Of a stretch of 58,322 nucleotides of DNA, positions 1-10,314 are shown one piece after another. The position numbers and the translations under genes are program-made. Every line of letters starts with the position of its first letter. Within the stretch, counting starts at the first letter, position 1. This stretch comes from Candidatus Kuenenia stuttgartensis (GTDB lineage: Bacteria; Planctomycetota; Planctomycetia; Pirellulales; UBA1268), in the NCBI GenBank assembly GCA_945877135.1, contig CAMCQY010000006.1:1-58322 (forward strand), given 5' to 3'. Under the pieces are notes generated by a model. That model saw only the letters and a list, made by a program, of their open reading frames with translations. It was not told the origin of the DNA and did not search any database.

Positions 1-861
1 ACGATCGGCCGTGCACGACACCTCTCCGACGAGGTGCATCGGCGTGCCGTCAACCACCGCCGTTGCGACAAGGTCGGCGCGAAGGAGATCGTCGATCTCC
101 TCTTCTGCGAGCCGGCCTTCGACCGTGTCGAGCAGTTGGTCGGCCGAGATAACGCGGCACCGCCGCATATGCCGACCGAGGTATGCCGGGAGGTGGGTGC
201 GAAGAAACAGTTCGAAGGACCTGCCGTCATTCTTGTCCAGGCGGATCATCATCTGCTGCTGGAGGGCAGCAAGCTCCGAGACCGCCCGTGACATTTCGCC
301 GAACTGGATGTCGGTGTGCCTCTGGGCATCCGACATTTCGCCCATTCGACGCTCGGTCTGTTTTTGCGCTTCGGAGAGTTCGCCGATGCGAAGCTGGGTT
401 TGCTTCTGCGCTTCGGAGAATTCACCCATACGCAGTTCGGTCTGCTTCTGCGCTTCTGAGAGTTCGCCGATGCGAAGCTGGGTTTGCTTCTGCGCTTCGG
501 AGAATTCACCCATACGCAGTTCGGTCTGCTTCTGCGCGGCGGCGAGTTCCTCGACGTGAAGCTCGGTGCGTCCCTGCGCGGCAGCAAGTTCCTCGACGTG
601 AAGCTCGGTGCGTCCCTGCGCGGCAGCAAGTTCCTCGACGCGAAGCTCGGTGCGTCCCTGCGCGGCAGCAAGTTCCTCGACGCGACACTCCGTGCGTTTC
701 TGGGCGACGGCGAGTTCTTTGACCACGCCCGTAAGCTCGTGGAGGTCGGCCCTCGTGGCCAACGAATCGTAGGCCTCGGTGACGACGTGGGCGAGCAGAT
801 CGGCCTGAGGTTCGGAAAATTCCTTCAAGAGTCGGTCGCGGATTTGAGGAATGGTTGCCAT
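1..861 (-). CDS. Coiled-coil protein with ten 14-aa repeats and a C-terminal PD-(D/E)xK-like domain (DUF3782-type architecture); 3' end runs off the window
   Basis: Translated manually; absent from the ORF track because no stop lies in the window. ATG at 861 with GGAG upstream gives [27 protein letters not shown]...([14 protein letters not shown])n...[29 protein letters not shown]. Confidence 0.8.
   Translation of the reverse strand, partial: MATIPQIRDRLLKEFSEPQADLLAHVVTEAYDSLATRADLHELTGVVKELAVAQKRTECRVEELAAAQGRTELRVEELAAAQGRTELHVEELAAAQGRTELHVEELAAAQKQTELRMGEFSEAQKQTQLRIGELSEAQKQTELRMGEFSEAQKQTQLRIGELSEAQKQTERRMGEMSDAQRHTDIQFGEMSRAVSELAALQQQMMIRLDKNDGRSFELFLRTHLPAYLGRHMRRCRVISADQLLDTVEGRLAEEEIDDLLRADLVATAVVDGTPMHLVGEVSCTADR
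301..720 (-). repeat. Intragenic tandem repeat, about 10 x 42 bp, including an 84-bp higher-order duplication
   Basis: Near-identical 42-bp units at ~533-700 and a duplicated 84-bp dimer at ~366-533. Confidence 0.9.
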
Positions 862-1075
862 GATGAAAACACTCCGCTCTGGATTATAGACCCGACAGTG
901 ATGTCCCTGGGATGAGGCCGCGACCGGACGGCAGATAGGATGCGACAGAAAGAGTATACAGAAGTACACTATTTGTGTCGAGAGGGGCGTCGCCGCTTCG
1001 GCATTTTCCGTGGTTTCGTTGTCAGGTATGTTTCGACAGCCGCGGCTCTTTCCATAGCCAGTAAACACTCGACCG

Positions 1076-2215
1076 ATGACCCCTCCATCGCCACCACGAC
1101 ATTCAGGTGCCAAGGCCTCCGGGGTCTTGCGACCCGATGGCCGTCGCCTCCTGATGGTCGCACGGGGGCTCGATTCCGTCGGCACCGGCCGGCAGGTCGA
1201 ACTGGCCGCCGAGGCATTTCAAGCGGCGGGCTGGGATGTGCATCTCGCGGTGACCACCGCGGGCGGTGCCGTCGCGACGCGACTGACGCACATTGGCATC
1301 ACCGTGCACCGGCTTTCGACACGGCCCGTCGTCGATGCTGCGGCGGCCGTCCGGTTGGTTCAGGTTGCCCGTAGGCTCGACCTTGGATCATCCGATCTGG
1401 TCCTCACATGGGGCCGCTCGCAGGTCCGATTGGCTGCCGCGATGAAGCTGCTCATGCCTACGGTCCGGTTCGTGAGTCACCTGGCCATGCGGCCCAGTGG
1501 CACTGTCACCGGCCTGGCACTTGGCGTGGCCGATAGAGTGATTGCATCATCACCCGCCGTGGCGGCTGCATGTGAACGACTGGGCGTGTCGCCCGTGAAG
1601 ATCGAGACGATCCCGCCAGCCGCCGATCCGGCACCGGCAGAGAATCGTTCGCGAGTCGAGCTTGCCGTTCGGCTCGGCCTCGACCCTGAGAAGATCTGGA
1701 CGCTCTGCGTGGCGCCGCTCGTGCCGGAGGCGAAGCTCGAGCGGCTGCTCTGGGCGATCGACCAACTTGGAGTCGTGCATCAGAGGCTTGAACACCTGCT
1801 CGTGGGAGCCGGGCCGCTTCGCGACCGTCTGCTGCGGCGGGCTCGGGTCCAGCAGGTCGCCGAGCGGCTGCATCTTTTCCCGCATCTCGACTGCCTGCCC
1901 GACCTCCTGCGTGAGGTGCGGCTCGTCTGGCAGTCGGGCGAGGTCGCTTGCGGCGGTGCGATCCTCGACGGCATGGCACTCGGCATCCCCGCGGTGGCGG
2001 TGGCGAGCGACTCGGCTGGGCAGCTGATCGTCGATGGCGAAACGGGCCGGATCGTGCCGGCCGACCCGGAGAGCGAGTTTCCGCGACGGGCGCTCGGCAT
2101 TATTGAGGATGACGCTCTGGCCACTCGATACGGCACCGCGGCCAAGGCGCGGGCAGCGGCGGAATTTCCAGCCGACCGGATGGTCGCGGCGGTGATCGCT
2201 GCGTGCGACCGTTAA
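1076..2215 (+). CDS. Glycosyltransferase family 4 (GT-B fold)
   Basis: N-terminal GTGRQV motif, LVGAGPLR, and C-terminal LDGMALGIPAVA...LIVDGETGRIV. Confidence 0.8.
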   Translation: MTPPSPPRHSGAKASGVLRPDGRRLLMVARGLDSVGTGRQVELAAEAFQAAGWDVHLAVTTAGGAVATRLTHIGITVHRLSTRPVVDAAAAVRLVQVARRLDLGSSDLVLTWGRSQVRLAAAMKLLMPTVRFVSHLAMRPSGTVTGLALGVADRVIASSPAVAAACERLGVSPVKIETIPPAADPAPAENRSRVELAVRLGLDPEKIWTLCVAPLVPEAKLERLLWAIDQLGVVHQRLEHLLVGAGPLRDRLLRRARVQQVAERLHLFPHLDCLPDLLREVRLVWQSGEVACGGAILDGMALGIPAVAVASDSAGQLIVDGETGRIVPADPESEFPRRALGIIEDDALATRYGTAAKARAAAEFPADRMVAAVIAACDR

Positions 2216-3771
2216 GTTGGCTCCACGCTGGCGGCGAGAACGCGGCCAGTCGTTAGCGATCGCAGTTCGCCGTCTTCCGCGACGAGGATGCCCGCCTTGA
2301 AGACCTGCGCGGGCATGGCGAACATCCGCGAGAGATCGGCATTGGGACGGTAGACCGTGATGTCGGCATCAGCGCCGACGCCCAGATGCCCCTTGGCCGC
2401 GAGCCCCGCGATCCGCGCTGGCGCTGCCCGCGTGATGATGCAGAGTTCTTGCAGCGTGTATTCGCGTGAGATCCCTGCCAGCGGGCTTCGCTTCCTGACG
2501 GCCGGATGGATGCGGTCGAACGCCTCGCGACGGAAGGCCGCATCTCCCAAGAGCCGCATCAGATGCGGATAGGCGGTGAAGTGCGCCCCGTTGGGATGGT
2601 CGGTCGAGAGCACCAGCCGCCACGGGTCGGCGGCTGTGAGAAACCACTCCAGCCCGATCGCCCACTGCCAGGCATGCACCAGGCTCTTCTCGCGGTAGCT
2701 GATCGGCAGCACGCCACAGCCCCCCTCCAGATGCAGGTCGTGCGACATCCACGGCACGCCGGTGGCATGGGCCAGATGCTCGGCGGCTGCTGAGTCGCCC
2801 GTCATCGCCACCGTTTCGCCGAAGAGTACCTGGCCGACGTCGAGCGTCAGTTCCGGATGCGCATTGAACCACTCGACGAGCGATGCCACGCCCGAGCCGA
2901 ACGTATCGGCATCGAGATCGCCGCCTGCGTAGCTGTGGAACTGCACGTGCGCCAGATGGGCCGGAATGCCGTCGAACGTGCGCATCGTCTCCAGCAGCGT
3001 CCGCCAGTTGCCCGGCAGGCCGAGGTTGGCGGTGTGGACGTGGAGCGGATGCGGCAGTCGAATAGCCTGCACCGCCCGGGCCAGGCGTTCGAGCAGCACT
3101 CGCGCGGTGAGCGACATGCCCGGCAGCGGCGTGTCGAGATCGCGGTGGTCGCCCCGGCGGCCATGTTTCCAGAATGCCGGCCCACCCGGATTGGCCACCT
3201 TCACCGCCCAGCCATTGCCAGTCTGCATCGCAGTTGCAATGAGTCGCTGCAGTTCGCGGTCGCCCACTGCGTCACGGGCGCCGTCGAGTGCCGCCAGCAC
3301 GTCAGCATCGTCGGCTGCGAGGAGGTAGATGCCCTTGTCGAGAATGGGGAGTTCGGCGAGTTCCATGTGGGCAACGGCAGCGGCGGCCGTGGCGATCGCT
3401 GCATCAAACACGGACGTGTAGCCGAGCGCGGCGTAGAGTGCGCCGGTCGAATGGATCGTGGGAACGGCGGCGGGAGTGCGGCGCGCGAGCTGCGGAGCGA
3501 TGCGGCGACCGGCGTTCACCTTCGGACCGGCCACGTGGCTGTGCAGGTCAACGCCGCCTGGCATCACGACCCGGCCGCTGGCATCGATCCGCGTGAAGAC
3601 CTTTGGATCGGCCGGCTTCGCGACGATCCGACCGTCCTCCACCCAGATGTCGTCCACGACGCCATCACGCCCGTGCAGTGGATCGTGGATCGTGCCACCG
3701 CAGAGGACGAAACGGTGGGGGGCAGGGGAAGGGCTGTCGGCTTGGCCGGACGTGTGCGCGTTTCTATTCAT
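2212..3771 (-). CDS. fhcA: Formyltransferase/hydrolase complex subunit A (formylmethanofuran dehydrogenase subunit A family, amidohydrolase)
   Basis: GGVDLHSHVAGPKVN, KVANPGG, HPLHVH, AHVQFHSY, DVGQVLFG, QWAIGLE, STDHPNG and KGHLGVGADAD motifs of FwdA/FhcA. Confidence 0.92.
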   Translation of the reverse strand: MNRNAHTSGQADSPSPAPHRFVLCGGTIHDPLHGRDGVVDDIWVEDGRIVAKPADPKVFTRIDASGRVVMPGGVDLHSHVAGPKVNAGRRIAPQLARRTPAAVPTIHSTGALYAALGYTSVFDAAIATAAAAVAHMELAELPILDKGIYLLAADDADVLAALDGARDAVGDRELQRLIATAMQTGNGWAVKVANPGGPAFWKHGRRGDHRDLDTPLPGMSLTARVLLERLARAVQAIRLPHPLHVHTANLGLPGNWRTLLETMRTFDGIPAHLAHVQFHSYAGGDLDADTFGSGVASLVEWFNAHPELTLDVGQVLFGETVAMTGDSAAAEHLAHATGVPWMSHDLHLEGGCGVLPISYREKSLVHAWQWAIGLEWFLTAADPWRLVLSTDHPNGAHFTAYPHLMRLLGDAAFRREAFDRIHPAVRKRSPLAGISREYTLQELCIITRAAPARIAGLAAKGHLGVGADADITVYRPNADLSRMFAMPAQVFKAGILVAEDGELRSLTTGRVLAASVEPT

Positions 3772-5099
3772 GGCCGGCCTCCGACCGCAGCCACGGCGAG
3801 CGACCGCCGCACGGCACCGGCGAGATCGACGAGCCGTTCGCGCACCTGCGGCAGCGTTGACTGCCTGGACGGAGCCAGCCCGACACGGCGGCCATCCTCA
3901 CGGAGCATCGTGCCGGTGGTGGCGGTTGTCAGGCTGGCACACCGCAGGTGGATCGCGCGGCCGGGCGGCTGTCGCGGCATCTCCGCGGCATCGCTGATTC
4001 GCACCAGCGAGACCGCATCGCCACGGTTGGCGATCGCCTGTTCGAGCGGCCCGCTCAACCGCCCGAGGATCACGACGGCATCCACCTCGCCGCGATCAAT
4101 CAGCCTCCGGGCATCCGACTCTCCCGGCAGGAAGAGACTGCCCATCCGATCGGCGCAGGTGATCGCTCCGGCCGCACCATACCGCCAGGTGCATGCCGCC
4201 GCGGCACCGGCGGCGTTGGCACCGCCCGCCGCGAGGCCCGCGCCAAGCGGAATCTGGAAGGCCTGTCTTTCGTGGGCGATCGTACGGACCAGATGGACGA
4301 TGCTCCAGGCCTCCAGCCCCACTGAATCGTCGGCATCAGCGGTGACGATTGCCACGCAGGTGGACGATCGAATGGCGTCGTGCAACGTGGCCGAGGCGGA
4401 GGCCAGCGGCCCGTTGAGCGTGTCGGGGGCATGACGGCCCGCAATCCGCAGGTGGAGCAGGCGGGCCGCCTCCACGGCAAGGTCCCGGGAGAGCGGCAGG
4501 TGGCGATGCGAGGAGGCGCGTGGCATAACGCCGTCGGGGCCGATGGCGATCGTCTGACGCGGGCGGCCATCGGCCAATGGTGGCGTGACGAACCGTTCGA
4601 TGAACCGCGGATGCGATTCGTATGGATTGCAGCACCAGAAGATGACAAGATCGGCCCGGTCGCGAAGCTCTTCGAAGGCGGCGGTTACTTCGCCGGCCCG
4701 CGCGATCGTGGGACCAGCGGCACGGGCCGATTCCGGCAGACCGGCATCGACCGCGGCGCCGAGCGATTCAGCGAGATCGCAGGCGGCCGCGATGGCCTCG
4801 AGCGGGGCGTTGGCCAGGCCGGTGACGAGCACGCGGCGAGCCGATGTGAGCATTGCCGCCGACCGTTCGATGGCCGCCTCTCGGTCGATCGGCGTGTCAT
4901 TCTCGGCGGCCCCGGGAGACGATGCCGCCGAAGGCATCTCGGCGGCGAGCGCCTCGCGGATCGTCTTGCTGCCGTGGTCGCATGCCTGCTCCACGCCGTC
5001 GGCGGCGGTGATCAGAATGTCGTCGCAGAGCAGCGGACAGGCGGTGCAGGTGCACCGCTGCGAATCGACACTCAAGGCATCCGGCGACTCCCGTCTCAC
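3768..5099 (-). CDS. fhcB: Formyltransferase/hydrolase complex subunit B (FwdB/FhcB family)
   Basis: CTACPLLCDD N-terminus and ELRDRADLVIFWCCNPYESHPRF; overlaps the fhcA start (ATGA). Confidence 0.85.
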   Translation of the reverse strand: MRRESPDALSVDSQRCTCTACPLLCDDILITAADGVEQACDHGSKTIREALAAEMPSAASSPGAAENDTPIDREAAIERSAAMLTSARRVLVTGLANAPLEAIAAACDLAESLGAAVDAGLPESARAAGPTIARAGEVTAAFEELRDRADLVIFWCCNPYESHPRFIERFVTPPLADGRPRQTIAIGPDGVMPRASSHRHLPLSRDLAVEAARLLHLRIAGRHAPDTLNGPLASASATLHDAIRSSTCVAIVTADADDSVGLEAWSIVHLVRTIAHERQAFQIPLGAGLAAGGANAAGAAAACTWRYGAAGAITCADRMGSLFLPGESDARRLIDRGEVDAVVILGRLSGPLEQAIANRGDAVSLVRISDAAEMPRQPPGRAIHLRCASLTTATTGTMLREDGRRVGLAPSRQSTLPQVRERLVDLAGAVRRSLAVAAVGGRP

Positions 5100-6136
5100 G
5101 ACTTCGGCAGCACCCAGATGTTGCGGTAGCGGACCGGATTGCCGTGGTTCTGGAGGTGGAGTGGCCCCTTCTGAGCCTCCTGCTTGAGGGTTCCGCCGGG
5201 CGTGATCGCCGGCACCTCGACGTTGTCGTGGATGACGGTGCCGTTATGACGCACGGTCATGCGAGCGTTCGCCACCTTCTTCTCCCCCTCGAATCGCGGT
5301 GCGGTGACGTTGATGTCGTAGGTCTGCCAGCTGAGGGGCGGCAGGCACATGTTCACGAACGGTGCCGCAGCCTTGTAGATGCCGCCGCACTCGTTGTCCT
5401 TCCCCTCGAGGCCGAAGCTGTCGAGCATCTGCGTCTCGTAGCAGCCCATGACATACGCGCCACTGTTGCCGCGACCCTGCCCGCGATCCTTGGGCTGGTA
5501 GGGCAGACGAAACTCGATGTGCCAGAGAGCATCACCGAAGCTGTCCTTGGTGGTCACACCCTCCATCAGCAGGCCATCCTCGGAGACACGGCCATGGACG
5601 AGCTTGGAGGTGTCGGTGCTGGTACCCGTGCCGTCATAGATCACGACCGCGCCCTCAGGCGGCTTCTGGCCCAGCGTGGCACTGCTGCGGTTCACCCTGG
5701 GAAGCTTGGCGATCTCGCTACCGGAGTCGGAGAAGACGACGATCGAGTCGTTGCGGAGTTCTCCCGTGCGCTTGTTGCCGCCCCAGTCGAGGGCCTCGAC
5801 CTTCACGACGGCGGCGTCGCCCTCACCCGTGCGAGTGCCCGTGCCCTTGATCTTGTTCGGGGGTGTCCAGCCGTCGCCGGGGAGTCCGCCCGGATAGGCG
5901 ACGACATCAAACTTCCCGTCGCCGAGCGCGATCACCTGCACGCCGAAAGGCACCGGCTGACCATCATGCGAGACCGTGCCGGCGTATTCACCTTGGAAAG
6001 GGAAGTCGGCGTCAGCCTTCGCGGGATCGGTGTACGCGGGATTGCCCGTGGGGGCGGCGCATACGGCAGAGATGCTGGCCACACCCAGGCCAATCAGTAG
6101 GGACGTGGCGAGCACGAAGTGGTGGAGGCGGCGCAT
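5096..6136 (-). CDS. Secreted DUF1080 (3-keto-disaccharide hydrolase family) protein
   Basis: Signal peptide; HIEFRLP, RGNSG, YETQMLDS, WQTYDI and LHLQNHGNPVRYRNIW motifs. Confidence 0.9.
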   Translation of the reverse strand: MRRLHHFVLATSLLIGLGVASISAVCAAPTGNPAYTDPAKADADFPFQGEYAGTVSHDGQPVPFGVQVIALGDGKFDVVAYPGGLPGDGWTPPNKIKGTGTRTGEGDAAVVKVEALDWGGNKRTGELRNDSIVVFSDSGSEIAKLPRVNRSSATLGQKPPEGAVVIYDGTGTSTDTSKLVHGRVSEDGLLMEGVTTKDSFGDALWHIEFRLPYQPKDRGQGRGNSGAYVMGCYETQMLDSFGLEGKDNECGGIYKAAAPFVNMCLPPLSWQTYDINVTAPRFEGEKKVANARMTVRHNGTVIHDNVEVPAITPGGTLKQEAQKGPLHLQNHGNPVRYRNIWVLPKS

Positions 6137-6223
6137 GACGAAACTCCTGTGAGAGGGGAAGCATCAAGTATGCACAAAAACCGCGACGAGCGGGAGAGAA
6201 CGCGGAAAGCTGACATTTCTCAG

Positions 6224-6335
6224 GAAGCCCTCGGCGGAAGCCGGGGGACGCCGGGTATGACCACCAGCCAACATGCCATGCTGATCCGGGAAGAGCCCAA
6301 CGACCCGGTGTCCCCGGACTTCCGTCCGGGGCTTC
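6224..6335. repeat. Inverted pair of REP-like palindromes (family A)
   Basis: GAAGCCCTCGGCGGAAGCCGGGGGAC at 6224-6249; the reverse complement of 6310-6335 is GAAGCCCCGGACGGAAGTCCGGGGAC. Confidence 0.7.
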
Positions 6336-6377
6336 TTGTCAAACGTGCGTCAGGCCCCAACAACGGCCCAAAGCCGT

Positions 6378-7721
6378 CTACACAAGCCCGGTGAGCGGGC
6401 CGTCGCCGCAGTAGTCGGGGTTGCCGAACCGCACGAGCCCCGTGTGCCCCATGGCGTGGGCGATGGAGAGGTGGAGACGGTTGTGGGGCACGCCCTTGAA
6501 ATCGAGGGACCGACCCATCGTGAAGCCGAGGCCCTTGCCCACCATCAGCCAGGGGATGTCGTCGAGTGAGTGGGAGTTGCCCTCGCCCAGTTCGTTCGTC
6601 CAGAGGATCGTGGTGTGGTCGAGCAGCGAGCCGTGCCCGCCCGGTTCGGGCGTCTCGGCAAGTCGCTTGGCGAGATGGGCCACCTCGCCGGCATACCAGG
6701 TGTTGATCTTCGTCAGTTTTTCCTGGGCTGCTTCGTTGGAATTGGGCTCGTGCGAGAGGTCGTGCTGCCCCTCCTCGACACCGACCCACTTCATGTGCGC
6801 CTGACCGACCGAGTTGGTGTATTGCAGGCTGGCCACCCGCGTGAAGTCGGCGGCCAACGACGCCACCACCAGTTCAATCTGCATCCGGCTGATCTTCGGC
6901 ATCTGGTCGTTCTGCTCGACGATCCCCTGCTCGAGCACCGGCACGGCATGCGCAACCTCCGCATGGTGGCTCGCGAGATCCTTCTCGAATTGCCGCACGA
7001 GCGCCGTGTGCTCCTCCAGAATCCGCCGGTCCTCCGTCGGCAGGGCCGAAGATACCGTGGCCAGATCCTCATGGAGTTCGTCGAGCACGCTCTTCATGCT
7101 CTCGCGGTCCTTCATTTGGCCGTAAAGCCTGTGAAACATCTGATAGGGATCGTCGATCGGGGCCACGGGCTTGTTGGGGCCGGCGTAGACCATCCGCGTC
7201 CAAGTGTCGGCCCGGTTGGGCACGAGCACACCAAATTCCAGCGAGCCCATGCGGGTCGCCGTCTCGGGACGGCTCTGCAAAAAGTTTTTGATCTCCTGAT
7301 CGATCGAGAGACCGCTTGACCAGCCGGCTGGCGTCTCGCCGCCGCCCTGAATGTTGCCGGGAAACAGTTCGATGCCGGTGAGCAGGCAGCCCATGCCGCG
7401 CATGTGACGGTCACCGTCTCCCTGCACCTTGTCGTGCACGCCCTTGAGCATGAGCAACTGGTCGCGGAACGGCTCCAGCGGCTTGAGGATCGGCGGGAGG
7501 TCGATCGGTCGCACCACGGGCGGCAGCGTCGCGAACGGCCCGGGCTCGGTCGGCCAGAAGTTTTTCTTGACCACGCCGTCGGGGCTGAACACGATCACGA
7601 GTCGTTTTTTCGGTGCCGCGGAGGTGGTCCCGGCCAGACTGGGCAGGTTGCCGAGGAAGGGGAGCACGGCCGAGCCCACCCCGAGCCGACGCAGGAGTTG
7701 GCGGCGTGAGAGCGTGATCAT
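6378..7721 (-). CDS. DUF1552 (HXXSHH family) Tat-exported protein
   Basis: SRRQLL Tat motif, [17 protein letters not shown] and HDLSHE; lies downstream of a DUF1592 gene. Confidence 0.88.
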   Translation of the reverse strand: MITLSRRQLLRRLGVGSAVLPFLGNLPSLAGTTSAAPKKRLVIVFSPDGVVKKNFWPTEPGPFATLPPVVRPIDLPPILKPLEPFRDQLLMLKGVHDKVQGDGDRHMRGMGCLLTGIELFPGNIQGGGETPAGWSSGLSIDQEIKNFLQSRPETATRMGSLEFGVLVPNRADTWTRMVYAGPNKPVAPIDDPYQMFHRLYGQMKDRESMKSVLDELHEDLATVSSALPTEDRRILEEHTALVRQFEKDLASHHAEVAHAVPVLEQGIVEQNDQMPKISRMQIELVVASLAADFTRVASLQYTNSVGQAHMKWVGVEEGQHDLSHEPNSNEAAQEKLTKINTWYAGEVAHLAKRLAETPEPGGHGSLLDHTTILWTNELGEGNSHSLDDIPWLMVGKGLGFTMGRSLDFKGVPHNRLHLSIAHAMGHTGLVRFGNPDYCGDGPLTGLV

Positions 7722-7759
7722 GGGGCTTTCTCCTGGGCCGACGGCTGTTCGGCGGGTGG

Positions 7760-10141
7760 CTACTGCGCGGGGGGCTGCGCTGTCGGTGAGGCCGGAGGCG
7801 GGGCAACCGGCGGCAGGGCCGCAACGGTCATGATATCGACCAAAAGCCGGCGGATGTCGCAGTTGTTTGCCACGAATCGCTGCCGCAGCGGTTCCAGCGT
7901 GTCGGGGCCCCAGGCCCGCACGGGCTGTTTGACAAGCGCGTGGAAGAGTTGCTGGACGAAGGCTTCCTGGGCATCGCGGCTGGTGGCGATGGTGGCGGCC
8001 AGTTCACGGGCCCCACGAAACGTGGCCTGCTGACCCTCTCGGGGCAGGTACGAACCCGAGGCGTCGATCGGCTTCTCCACGGTGCCGCGGCTCTCGGCTG
8101 TCCGGTAGCGTCCGATGGCATCGAACTCCTCCAGTGCGAAGCCGAGCGGATTGATCATCGTGTGGCAGGTTTGGCAGGCCACCGAACTCGTCTGCAGCGC
8201 CACCCGTTCCCGCGTGCTCAAATCGGGATGGAGGTCGGGCGCCAGTGGGGCGACCGCCTCCTGGGGTGGCTTGAGGACGTTGCCCATCACGCTGCGGGCT
8301 AGGAACACGCCGCGGTGGATCGGCGACGTGGCTGCCGCATAGGAGAGCACGCTCGCCATGTAGGGATGCGACAGCACGCCCGCGCGGCGGCCGTCGTCGA
8401 GTCGGACGCGACGAAAAGCCGCATCGGCGGGGAGTTTCGCTCCATAGAGCGGAGCGAGCCGGCCATTGAGATAGACCTCATCGTCGGTGAAGAGACGGCG
8501 GAAGTCGGAGCCGCCCGCTCCCCAGGCTACGTCGTCCACAAACAGTTCCAAACTCGCCCGCAGATCGGCGGCGATCTCCGGCGAGAATTCCGAATAGCGG
8601 GTCTTGTCCTTGACGATCTCGGGGGCGTGATCCACGCGGAGCCAAGTGAAGAGGAAATCGCGAAGCTTCGACCTGGTGCGACGGTCGTTCGCCATCCGCT
8701 CGGCCTGCCTGCGCACCTGCTCTGCCGTGATGAGTTGGTTCTTGGTGGCGGCATCCCAGAGAGGCTGGTCGGGAATCGAATCCCAGAGGCCGAACGAGAG
8801 TCGCGCTGCGGTCGCGAAGCTATCGGTATTTCCACTCGCGGCCGCCTCGGTATGGAAGAGAAACCGCGGCGACCCCAGCACGAGCAGCATCGACCGCTTG
8901 AGCGCAGCGTCGAGGTCGGGAGCATCGGCGAAAGCCCGATCGACCACGAGCGTTCGCACGTGGTCGGTGAGCGGCCGACGGAAGGCCCGGGTGGCGAAGG
9001 TCGTGGCGAACTGTTTGAGTTTGTCGGCCCGGTCAGGGCTGTCTCGCTTCGTGTGGGCGAGGTGCTCGATGTGGTCGATCGCGTAGTCGGCGATCTCCAC
9101 GCTGGCGGCCGTGGCCGCGGCGAACCATTCCGGCGACACGCTCGTGCCCCGCTCGTAGCCGATCGACTTGTCGTCGGGCGGAAAGGGTGTCTTGACGACG
9201 AACACCTCGGCACTGTCGTGCGGAATCAGGTACCGCTCGGGCACCGTTTCGAGCACGCCGTGCGGCGGCCTCCAGAGCAACTGCATCGAGGCGTGGGTGG
9301 AGTGCTCGTTCTTCTTGTCAACGCCCTGGTTGGCCTTCGAGAATTCGAGCCGCAGCGGATAGCTACGGCCACCGAGGAGCAGGATGTTCGCCTTGTATTC
9401 CGTGTCGTTGCCCGACCTCACGTAGGCATCAATGAGCGGCGGCTCGTACCATGCCGTGTTGAGGGCGAGCTTTGCGGAGTGATCGGTGCGGATCACAAAC
9501 TCATACACGCCCGTCTCCGGTGGCACGATCGAACCAGTCCAACGAATCGCGAAGCGGTTGGGCTGGAACCGCTCTGGGTCGGGGCCCTCGAGGCCGAAAT
9601 CAAAATCAACCTGAGGGTCGATCTGCTCGTAGACGAGGCCTGTCTTGCGATTGAAGTCGCGCGTATGGAAATATTCCGCCCGCAGGCCGCGGCGGTCGTC
9701 GATGCCCGGGCCCCGATTACGAAAGCTGGCGATCAGGTCGGCGGCGGTGTTCTGATACTGCCGGACCGTCAGCCGGGAGAGTTCCACCCGGGCAGGCCGG
9801 TTGCGGTCGCGGGCCACGGCCGAATAGAAGGCGCCGTGGATGTATTCCGCAACCTGCCGGGCTGCGTCGGCAGCGACCGCCGAAGGATCGTCCTCCGGCA
9901 TCGTCTCGTCGATGTAGGCGGCCAGTTGATTGACCGAGCGGTCGCCGACGAGCGGTGCGGGCACGTCTGGCGTGCCGGCACCCGCATCGCCGTGGCAGCG
10001 GCTGCAGTGCTCGCGGTAGACGGCCAAGCCGGGGTGGTCGTCGGCGGCGAGCAACGCGGCGGACAGCCAGAGGCATGCCACCGTTCCTATTCGGACGAGC
10101 GAGGTCAGAGAGGTCGCGCGAATATCGGGCATGACGTCCAA
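7760..10141 (-). CDS. DUF1592/DUF1588/DUF1585-type protein with a cytochrome c domain and a PA14 domain
   Basis: CSRCH and CQTCH heme motifs; [17 protein letters not shown] (PA14), [27 protein letters not shown] and [17 protein letters not shown]. Confidence 0.88.
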   Translation of the reverse strand: MDVMPDIRATSLTSLVRIGTVACLWLSAALLAADDHPGLAVYREHCSRCHGDAGAGTPDVPAPLVGDRSVNQLAAYIDETMPEDDPSAVAADAARQVAEYIHGAFYSAVARDRNRPARVELSRLTVRQYQNTAADLIASFRNRGPGIDDRRGLRAEYFHTRDFNRKTGLVYEQIDPQVDFDFGLEGPDPERFQPNRFAIRWTGSIVPPETGVYEFVIRTDHSAKLALNTAWYEPPLIDAYVRSGNDTEYKANILLLGGRSYPLRLEFSKANQGVDKKNEHSTHASMQLLWRPPHGVLETVPERYLIPHDSAEVFVVKTPFPPDDKSIGYERGTSVSPEWFAAATAASVEIADYAIDHIEHLAHTKRDSPDRADKLKQFATTFATRAFRRPLTDHVRTLVVDRAFADAPDLDAALKRSMLLVLGSPRFLFHTEAAASGNTDSFATAARLSFGLWDSIPDQPLWDAATKNQLITAEQVRRQAERMANDRRTRSKLRDFLFTWLRVDHAPEIVKDKTRYSEFSPEIAADLRASLELFVDDVAWGAGGSDFRRLFTDDEVYLNGRLAPLYGAKLPADAAFRRVRLDDGRRAGVLSHPYMASVLSYAAATSPIHRGVFLARSVMGNVLKPPQEAVAPLAPDLHPDLSTRERVALQTSSVACQTCHTMINPLGFALEEFDAIGRYRTAESRGTVEKPIDASGSYLPREGQQATFRGARELAATIATSRDAQEAFVQQLFHALVKQPVRAWGPDTLEPLRQRFVANNCDIRRLLVDIMTVAALPPVAPPPASPTAQPPAQ

Positions 10142-10314
10142 CCATCAGGCGGGTGAATGGGCAGGCACCAGTTTTCAGGGGTATTCTATCCAGGTCGTAC
10201 AGTCGACGAAATCGGCCGCAGACTGCGACCCTTCCCGCTGACCCGTTGGCTGCCGGAGTTTCGGCGGAAAATGGACCGTGGCGGTAGTTTTTTGCCACTC
10301 GGCGTCCTACGTTC

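Noticed and set aside
11-915. Plus-strand repetitive ORFs (11..559, 183..722, 484..915) and 249..671 on the minus strand
   Set aside because: Shadows of the real minus-strand gene 1..861, which has an RBS and a coherent coiled-coil sequence.
2212-5099. Evidence for methanogenesis or CO2-reducing formylmethanofuran dehydrogenase
   Set aside because: The B subunit lacks the apparent Mo/W ligand motif; such genes are common in planctomycetes as Fhc.
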